DNA from: Planctomycetota bacterium
Lineage (GTDB): Bacteria; Planctomycetota; UBA1135; GCA-002748355
Direction of reading: 5' to 3'
DNA length: 64,000 nt
Assembly (NCBI GenBank): GCA_002748355.1
Contig: PDSF01000046.1
Coordinates: forward strand, 204-64,203
Made by a program: the position numbers and the translations under genes. Below are positions 57,882-64,000 of the stretch, piece by piece. The notes under the pieces are model-generated. The model was given only the letters and a program-made list of their open reading frames with translations, was not told the DNA's origin and ran no database searches. The first letter of the stretch is position 1. Each line of letters opens with the position of its first letter.

Positions 57882-58589
57882 TCACGCCCAGAGTCGTGCC
57901 GCCCCAGTAATCCCAGCCCGATTGCGGACACAGCGCACACCTGGCGGCAGTTGATCGCGCTTTTCCAGAATGCGGGCGTTACCGCCACCGAGATAAAGCT
58001 GGTCGAAAGCCGTGCCCTCCCGCAGCAGCTCGATTGCCTCCAAGATCTCGGCGCACCAATCGTCCTTTCCCCGCGCCAGGAGAGCTGCTTCGCCCAGCCG
58101 CTTCTCGAAGCTCTGGCCTTTCTTAAAGGGCAAGTGCCCTAGCTCGGTATTGGGCAACAAAACGCCATCACGGAAGAGTGCGCTGCCAATACCGGTGCCG
58201 AGGGTGAGAACCAATTCGGTGCCTTGCCCCTCAATTACAGCGAGGCCTTGGACATCCGCATCGTTATTGGCGCGGCAAGGTGTGCCAAAGAGCTTTTCGA
58301 GCCGGTCCGCAAGCGGATAACCCTTCCAACCCTTTCCCAGGTTGGGGGCGTTAAGAGTCACGCCATCCCGGACGACTCCGGGAAAGCCCACCCCTACCCT
58401 CGCAAAAGGCATATCCAACAAGGCTCCGAGTTCACGGAGCACGGGCAGCAGATCTTTCGGGGTCGCGAGCTTCGGCGTGGGCAGGCGTTCGCGCTCGCTG
58501 TGCCAAGTTCCATTCGAATCAACAATCGCAGCCTTCGACTTCGAGCCGCCAATATCGATCGCAAGAACCTGCAGAGGGGAAGGACTCAT
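57882..58589 (-). CDS. ppgK: ROK-family polyphosphate glucokinase
   Basis: The ORF was trimmed to the ATG at 58589. Motifs LAIDIGGSKSK, NDADVQGLA, LTLGTGIGSALF and PNTELGHL closely follow the PpgK pattern. Confidence 0.8.
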   Translation of the reverse strand: MSPSPLQVLAIDIGGSKSKAAIVDSNGTWHSERERLPTPKLATPKDLLPVLRELGALLDMPFARVGVGFPGVVRDGVTLNAPNLGKGWKGYPLADRLEKLFGTPCRANNDADVQGLAVIEGQGTELVLTLGTGIGSALFRDGVLLPNTELGHLPFKKGQSFEKRLGEAALLARGKDDWCAEILEAIELLREGTAFDQLYLGGGNARILEKRDQLPPGVRCVRNRAGITGAARLWA

Positions 58590-58659
58590 CTCAAGAAGCG
58601 TAGCGGTAGAGATGCGCCACGCGACGGCTAAGCTCCGCAGCCTGAGAAAGGAGCCGTCG

Positions 58660-59520
58660 ATGTCCCCACTGGAATTCTCTCTCCCGCAAGTCGAGACATT
58701 CGTCCCCGACGGTCTCGCCCTCGAAGCTGCGCTCGCGCGCACGACTCACCTGGCCATCGGTGCCCACCAGGACGACCTGGAGTTCATGGCCTTTCACGGG
58801 ATTGCCGAGTGCTTTGGACGTACAGATCGCTGGTTCACTGGGGTCTGTATGACCAATGGCGCCGGCAGTGCAAGGACTGGGCCCTACGCCTACTGCACGG
58901 ACGAAGCCATGCAGGGGATCCGCGTGCGCGAGCAGCGCAAAGCGGCCTTCGTCGGGGAATACAGCGTCATGCTGCAGCTGATGGCGCCAAGCTCCTTGGT
59001 GAAGAACGCCTCCGATCCCCGGCTCGTCGAAGACCTCGTGCAGATCCTCAGCTTGGCACAGCCGGAATTCGTCTACCTCCACAACCCCTGCGATAAGCAC
59101 GACACGCACGTGGCCAGCTGTCTACGCGCAGTGGAAGCGCTCAGACGCCTCCCCGCGCAGGCGCGGCCGAACTGCGTCTACGGCTGTGAAATCTGGCGGG
59201 ACCTCGATTGGCTACCTGACGAACGCAAGCAAGTCCTCAGCTGCGATGCCCACCCCAATCTCGCAGCGGCACTCAACGGCGTATTCGACTCCCAAATCGT
59301 TGGCGGCAAGCGCTACGACCTGGCAATCCAAGGGCGGCGCGCCGCCCATGCGACGTTTTTCGAATCACACGAGGTGGATTCACACACGGCCCTGTCTTTC
59401 GCCATGGACCTCTCTCCCCTCCTGGAGCAGCCAGAGCTAGCGGTCGGCGACTTTGCTCGCGGGCTGGTCGAGGAGCTGGCGACGGACGTGCAGGCACGCC
59501 TCTCGCGATGTAGCAAATAG
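58660..59520 (+). CDS. PIG-L / LmbE-family deacetylase
   Basis: The ORF was trimmed to the ATG at 58660. AHQDDLEF (AHPDDxE-type) and a later HDTH metal-ligand region are present. Confidence 0.75.
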   Translation: MSPLEFSLPQVETFVPDGLALEAALARTTHLAIGAHQDDLEFMAFHGIAECFGRTDRWFTGVCMTNGAGSARTGPYAYCTDEAMQGIRVREQRKAAFVGEYSVMLQLMAPSSLVKNASDPRLVEDLVQILSLAQPEFVYLHNPCDKHDTHVASCLRAVEALRRLPAQARPNCVYGCEIWRDLDWLPDERKQVLSCDAHPNLAAALNGVFDSQIVGGKRYDLAIQGRRAAHATFFESHEVDSHTALSFAMDLSPLLEQPELAVGDFARGLVEELATDVQARLSRCSK

Positions 59521-59546
59521 TCCCGGAGCATCCTCTCTCACAGTAG

Positions 59547-59951
59547 CTAGCAGGGCTCTCCCAAGGCCTCGCGCAGCTCCTGGGGAACCGGAATCTTCCC
59601 GCCGCCAGTAAGGGTAATCACCCATACCCGCCGACCGCTCGCGGCCTTGGCTCCGTCGCTGACTCGCACGATTTCGTAGCCAAGGGACATGCTGGTATTG
59701 CCATAGCTCTCGGGCCAGCCACGCACTTCGACCACATCTCCCGGAAGCAGCTCCACATGGAAGTCGAGCGCCGCATGAACCACGACCGGCCACCAGCCGA
59801 GCTGGGCAAAGCCCCGAAAAGGCAGACCTCGATCGGCCAGCGCTTGCCAGGTCGCTTCTTCCAGATAGCTAAAGAACACAGCGTTGTTCAGATGCCCCAG
59901 GCTGTCGAGTTCATAACTCCTCACCTGGAACTCTTTGGCAAAACCTGCCAT
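59547..59951 (-). CDS. Hotdog-fold acyl-CoA thioesterase (4HBT/YbgC-like)
   Basis: The ATG at 59951 is preceded by AAGGAGG. The motif VRSYELDSLGHLNNAVFFSYLEEA is typical of 4HBT thioesterases. Confidence 0.7.
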   Translation of the reverse strand: MAGFAKEFQVRSYELDSLGHLNNAVFFSYLEEATWQALADRGLPFRGFAQLGWWPVVVHAALDFHVELLPGDVVEVRGWPESYGNTSMSLGYEIVRVSDGAKAASGRRVWVITLTGGGKIPVPQELREALGEPC

Positions 59952-59965
59952 TCGCCCCCCTCCTT

Positions 59966-60718
59966 TCAACTCCGCTCAAGCAGACACAGCCCAAGGAAAG
60001 AGCGCCCATGACTGGCAAGGACTGCGATGCTCTTGGGCGCATGGGGTAGCCGCAAGCGTTTCATCGGGATCTCACCCTGAAGCACCGCCAGCGCGATTCC
60101 GAGCCCACAGACAACATGGGCCTCGTGAGTCCCTGACCACGGCAGGTAGCTATGCAGGGCGGAAGGCACCGCCCCCACCAGATCCCGGCGAGCTCGGCTC
60201 TGCACCGGCAGTCCCACCAGGGTCAGGTCCGGCACCGAGCCTCCCAAGCCTTCACCCAGTAAATCGCCGATGTTCTTGGCATCTCCGCATCGAACCCTGC
60301 GCAGCTGGACAGCTCCTGGGTCCCAGTCCACCAGCACGCCGCCTCCGCCAAACTCAGCGCTCTGAAACGGCTCGGCCACGTCCATGCCATCGGCCGCACA
60401 AGCGATGCCGATCGGAGTTCTTTCGTCTCGCTCCGGCAAGCGCTCGAGTGCCAAAAAGAACTCGCGAACGTTGCTGCACTCCTCCGCGACAGGCCAGTCA
60501 TGGGCAGCAAAACGCTCCCGAAGCGCTGCCAGAACCGCAGCCGGGCCCCTGTTCTGGCCCAGGTCCAGTCGTCGCTCCTCGGGCAAAGGCCCTTCGTCGC
60601 GACAGGTTGCCAAGGCGGAGCGGAGCGTCAGAGGAGTGCGCATGGGGGGAGGAGTCTGCCCTCCGGCCATTGCCATTGCGAGCCTTGCCAGGATGGCTGG
60701 CGTGCGAAAGCGAGGCAT
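59966..60718 (-). CDS. Hypothetical protein (250 aa)
   Basis: ATG-initiated ORF ending 14 nt upstream of the thioesterase start. No motif recognised. Antisense ORFs of similar length exist in this region, so the coding strand is not certain. Confidence 0.45.
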   Translation of the reverse strand: MPRFRTPAILARLAMAMAGGQTPPPMRTPLTLRSALATCRDEGPLPEERRLDLGQNRGPAAVLAALRERFAAHDWPVAEECSNVREFFLALERLPERDERTPIGIACAADGMDVAEPFQSAEFGGGGVLVDWDPGAVQLRRVRCGDAKNIGDLLGEGLGGSVPDLTLVGLPVQSRARRDLVGAVPSALHSYLPWSGTHEAHVVCGLGIALAVLQGEIPMKRLRLPHAPKSIAVLASHGRSFLGLCLLERS

Positions 60719-60779
60719 TCCCCGTAGATTCTGCCGCCTGCTTCAGCACAGCCGGGCAACGCCCGCTCCAGGAGACCAC

Positions 60780-62786
60780 ATGCGACGTATTCTCGTGACC
60801 GCAGCCCTGCCCTACGCCAACGGTCACATCCACATGGGGCACCTTGTCGAATACATCCAAGCCGATATCTGGGCACGCTTTCAGCGCCTGATCGGCAACG
60901 ACTGCGCCTACATCTGCGCCGACGACACACACGGCACGCCCATCATGATCCGGGCTAGGAATGAAGGCATAAGCCCCGAGAAACTCGTGCAAGAGATGCA
61001 AATTGCGCACGAGGCGGACTTCGCAAAGTTCCACATCCACTTCGACCAGTACCACTCGACCCACTCCGAGGAAAACCGGCGTCTGGCCGAGGAGGTTTAT
61101 CTCCAGAACAAAGAGGCTGGGCACGTAACCCAGGGCGATGTCGAACAAGCATATTGCCCCAAGGACGAGATGTTTCTGCCGGACCGCTTCATCCGCGGAA
61201 CCTGCCCAAGCTGTGCCAGCGAGGACCAGTACGGAGACGCATGCGAGAAATGTGGCGGCACGCACTCGCCCACCGATCTCGTCGATGCCCGCTGCGCCGT
61301 GTGCGGCACCCCACCCGAGCGCCGGAGCAGCAAGCATCTCTTCTTCAAACTCGGAGACTTCAGCGAGTTCCTTCAGAGCTGGACGAGAAGCGGCAGCCTA
61401 CAAGACGAGGTCGCCAACAAGCTCGATGAGTGGCTCAAGGGTGGCCTCCGCGACTGGGATATCTCCCGAGATGCCCCCTACTTCGGCTTCGAAATACCCG
61501 GCGAGCCAGGGAAGTTCTTCTATGTCTGGCTTGACGCTCCAATCGGCTACATGGCATCGACAGCAAAGTATTGCGAAAGCCATGGCTTTGACTTCGATGA
61601 TTACTGGCGAAGCAACCAGACGGAGGTCCACCACTTCATCGGTAAGGACATCGTCTATTTCCATTCGCTGTTCTGGCCGGCCATGCTCCACGGAGCCGGC
61701 TTCCGCACCCCAACGGCAGTCTGGGTCCACGGCCACCTGACCGTCGACGGCAAAAAAATGTCTAAGTCGCGCGGCACCTTTATTAACGCTTCGACATTTG
61801 CTAAGCACCTCGATCCGGAGCAGCTACGCTACTACTATGCCTACAAGCTCAATGGTCGCGTCGAGGACATAGATCTCAGCATCGATGATTTCGTCGCACG
61901 GGTGAATAGCGACCTGGTCGGCAAAGTCGTCAACCTCGCCGCACGCACAGCCAAGTTCGTGACGAAACAACTCGGCGGCCGCCTTGCAGAGCAATACCCA
62001 GACGACGGCGGGCTTTTCGCCGAGTACGCTGCTGCAGCAGATTCGATCGCAGAGTGCTACGAGGACCGCGATTATGCGCGGGCCATGCGAACGGTCATGG
62101 CGCTAGCGGAGAAGGGGAATCAGTTCGTCGAGTCCAATGCCCCGTGGACCCTAGCCAAGGACCCAGCCAAGATCGAAGAGCTGCGTGAGGTCTGCACGAT
62201 CGCTCTCAACCTCTTCCGCTCCCTGGTGATCTATCTCAAGCCCGTGCTGCCGCAGCTCGCATCAAAGGTCGAGAGCTTCCTCCAGATCGACCCGTTGCAG
62301 TGGAAGGATTCGGCAGCCCCCTTACTCGCCCACGAAATCGGGAAGTTCAAACACATGATGCAGCGGGCCGAGTCCGAGAAGGCCGCAAAGATGATCGAAG
62401 AATCCAAGCAGGGGCAGGCACAAGCCAAAGAAAAAAGCAGCAAGGCCCAGGGGGACACCCAAATCGCCATCGAGGACTTCCTCAAGGTCGACCTTCGTGC
62501 GGCTCAAATCACCAAGGCCGAACGCGTAGAAGGCGCTGATAAGCTTCTCCGCCTAGAGCTCGATCTCGGCGAACTCGGTCAACGCCAGGTCTTCGCCGGC
62601 ATCAAGAGCGCATACGACTGCGAGCAGCTCAAAGGTCGCCTTGTCGTTTGCATCGCCAACCTGAAGCCACGCAAGATGAAATTCGGCCTGAGCGAGGGGA
62701 TGGTCTTGGCCGCTGGCCTGGGTGGGAAGGATATCCACCTCCTCAGCGTGGACGCTGGGGCGAAGCCTGGCGACAAGATCAAGTAG
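60780..62786 (+). CDS. metG: Methionyl-tRNA synthetase with C-terminal tRNA-binding domain
   Basis: The ORF was trimmed to the ATG at 60780. It has [11 protein letters not shown] (HIGH), a zinc knuckle [18 protein letters not shown] and KMSKSRG. The C-terminal Trbp111/EMAP-like segment is [28 protein letters not shown]. Confidence 0.92.
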   Translation: MRRILVTAALPYANGHIHMGHLVEYIQADIWARFQRLIGNDCAYICADDTHGTPIMIRARNEGISPEKLVQEMQIAHEADFAKFHIHFDQYHSTHSEENRRLAEEVYLQNKEAGHVTQGDVEQAYCPKDEMFLPDRFIRGTCPSCASEDQYGDACEKCGGTHSPTDLVDARCAVCGTPPERRSSKHLFFKLGDFSEFLQSWTRSGSLQDEVANKLDEWLKGGLRDWDISRDAPYFGFEIPGEPGKFFYVWLDAPIGYMASTAKYCESHGFDFDDYWRSNQTEVHHFIGKDIVYFHSLFWPAMLHGAGFRTPTAVWVHGHLTVDGKKMSKSRGTFINASTFAKHLDPEQLRYYYAYKLNGRVEDIDLSIDDFVARVNSDLVGKVVNLAARTAKFVTKQLGGRLAEQYPDDGGLFAEYAAAADSIAECYEDRDYARAMRTVMALAEKGNQFVESNAPWTLAKDPAKIEELREVCTIALNLFRSLVIYLKPVLPQLASKVESFLQIDPLQWKDSAAPLLAHEIGKFKHMMQRAESEKAAKMIEESKQGQAQAKEKSSKAQGDTQIAIEDFLKVDLRAAQITKAERVEGADKLLRLELDLGELGQRQVFAGIKSAYDCEQLKGRLVVCIANLKPRKMKFGLSEGMVLAAGLGGKDIHLLSVDAGAKPGDKIK

Positions 62787-62918
62787 CCTGGCTCCTCTTG
62801 GTCTACCCCATAATGTCCGATGTAAAGGGAGATTCGCGGCTCGCTGTGGCAGGGACTCGTCTTTCTTCGCCAGTGGGCTGCTTCGCCTGATAGAATCCTG
62901 CATCGAATCTCCGCGAAC

Positions 62919-63962
62919 GTGCGAATGAAAGCCAGCCTCGCTCTTCAGCGTCTTTCCTGGACTCTACCCCTGCTCCTGCTCGCCGCATGCGGTTCGGGCT
63001 CAGGCGGTAGCGGTACGGCATCGGCAACCGTCTCGTTCCAAGTCGGCCCGACAGGAGCCGTAATCGATGGCAACGCTGGCACGCCACTCCAAGGGCTACG
63101 GGTGACAGTGCCAAAAAATGCACTCCGCGGCCTGGTGCAGCTCGTCATCGAGCCGGCAGACCCCATTCAGCACCCTGGAAGCAAAGCGGTAGGCAACGCG
63201 TTTCGTATCCGCATGGATCCCGATCCCGGGCGCCTCGATAAACCCATCAAGATGCGAAGCTTGGTGCAGGCGCCTCCCTTCCGATCCCCGAGCGACTTCG
63301 TACTCCTTCGTGAATACGAGTGGTTCGATTGGAAGCATCGAACTCTCGGAAAATCACTGTCCGCAGCCCGCACAGACGAAGGCCTCAGCAGCGATCGAAG
63401 GTTTTTTTCTGCGACATCACGACGACCTGGTCACTTTCAAGTTTTCGTCTCCCGTTCGCCGCGTGCCATCGAAGATGCCGCCCTTCTCCTGACCAAGGGG
63501 ATCGAGGAGCTGAAGACCTTTAATACTCGCGCCTTCGAACGGACTCGACGTTTCTGCAAGGAAGCTCTTCAAGCCGACCCCTATCAGGACGAGGCTCGCT
63601 TCTACTGGGCGATTGCCCGCTTGGCTCTGCTTCTCGATGACCGCAGCGACACAACGGCTGGCATCGACTCCTTTGGAGAACTCCTCGCCGGCTACGGGCT
63701 GCGCCTGGGCTCGAAGAACATGCTCGCACGGATTTGGAGCGAAGAGTGGCCGATCTTTGGCGGAATCCCCCAAAACGCACCCGGGCAGGCAGCGATGCTC
63801 GGTTTCTATGGGGTTTCGTTAAGACCGCAGCTGCTCACAATTCGAGACGAGCTACTGAAGGTCAGCGACGACTTCGATTCCAAGCTCACTCCCCCAGACT
63901 TCCTCCGGACAGGGAAACAGCTCCAGCGCGAACTCGACTTTGGCGACCTAGCCCTGAAATAA
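62919..63962 (+). CDS. Hypothetical lipoprotein
   Basis: MRMKASLALQRLSWTLPLLLLAAC lipobox followed by a GSGSGGSG linker. No family recognised. Confidence 0.55.
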   Translation: MRMKASLALQRLSWTLPLLLLAACGSGSGGSGTASATVSFQVGPTGAVIDGNAGTPLQGLRVTVPKNALRGLVQLVIEPADPIQHPGSKAVGNAFRIRMDPDPGRLDKPIKMRSLVQAPPFRSPSDFVLLREYEWFDWKHRTLGKSLSAARTDEGLSSDRRFFSATSRRPGHFQVFVSRSPRAIEDAALLLTKGIEELKTFNTRAFERTRRFCKEALQADPYQDEARFYWAIARLALLLDDRSDTTAGIDSFGELLAGYGLRLGSKNMLARIWSEEWPIFGGIPQNAPGQAAMLGFYGVSLRPQLLTIRDELLKVSDDFDSKLTPPDFLRTGKQLQRELDFGDLALK

Positions 63963-64000
63963 GCGCAAAAAAGCACTGAGGCCCGCACTCGCTGCGCTAT

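Noticed and set aside
60384-60779. N-terminal extensions of supplied ORFs, including metG from 60384, 8215, 16643, 18558, 35890, 45694, 46907, 53650-54612, 57882-58742 and 58342.
   Set aside because: The extensions are Arg/Pro/Ser-rich, overlap neighbouring genes, and precede an internal ATG or GTG at which the family-typical N-terminus or signal peptide begins. The CDS coordinates were trimmed accordingly.
1-64000. Scan of the whole window for CRISPR arrays, rRNA or tRNA genes, transposases, integrases, prophage genes and recognised defence-system genes.
   Set aside because: None was found by eye. There are no spaced direct repeats, no recombinase or transposase motifs in any long ORF, and no nuclease, helicase or ATPase combinations typical of known defence systems. 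The only DNA-modification gene is the orphan methyltransferase reported above.

Overview
High-GC bacterial chromosomal segment, roughly 60-65% by spot counts. The taxon cannot be assigned by eye. It is rich in HEAT and TPR repeat proteins and in lipoproteins. About 49 protein genes are supportable. I recognised no rRNA, tRNA, CRISPR array, integrase or transposase. Most of the window is core metabolism and housekeeping: gltX, metG, aroB, folC, folD, etfBA, hutH, ppgK, a DAACS symporter, a CaCA antiporter, an aconitase-family/IPMDH-family pair and an HflK/C-like SPFH pair. Two secondary-metabolite loci stand out. (1) At 29.5-39.2 kb there is a 2161-aa single-module type I PKS without a loading domain. 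Its domain order is KS-AT-KR-DH-carrier-TE. It is translationally coupled to a membrane-anchored GT2, followed by a second GT2 and an extended SDR. (2) At 48.2-53.7 kb there is a 1566-aa stand-alone NRPS-like protein: formyltransferase, a degenerate C-like region, an A domain split by a luciferase-like monooxygenase, then PCP, with no release domain. A hexapeptide acetyltransferase follows it. The two megaenzymes are complementary, since one lacks a loader and the other lacks a release domain, and they share an NFFDLGGHSL carrier core. However, 12 kb of primary-metabolism genes separates them. Smaller oddities include an AT-richer DNA methyltransferase with an internal A9 tract, wedged by 4-nt overlaps between an orphan pyrK-like gene and a GNAT gene. 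There is also a PilZ plus degenerate cNMP-domain protein coupled to an unknown ORF, and an ABC-2/ATPase/ABC-2-CPBP-protease fusion operon. An aconitase-family enzyme has its swivel domain at the N-terminus and sits next to a DmlA/TtuC-like dehydrogenase. All calls rest on motif reading of the supplied translations. No database search or computation was possible.
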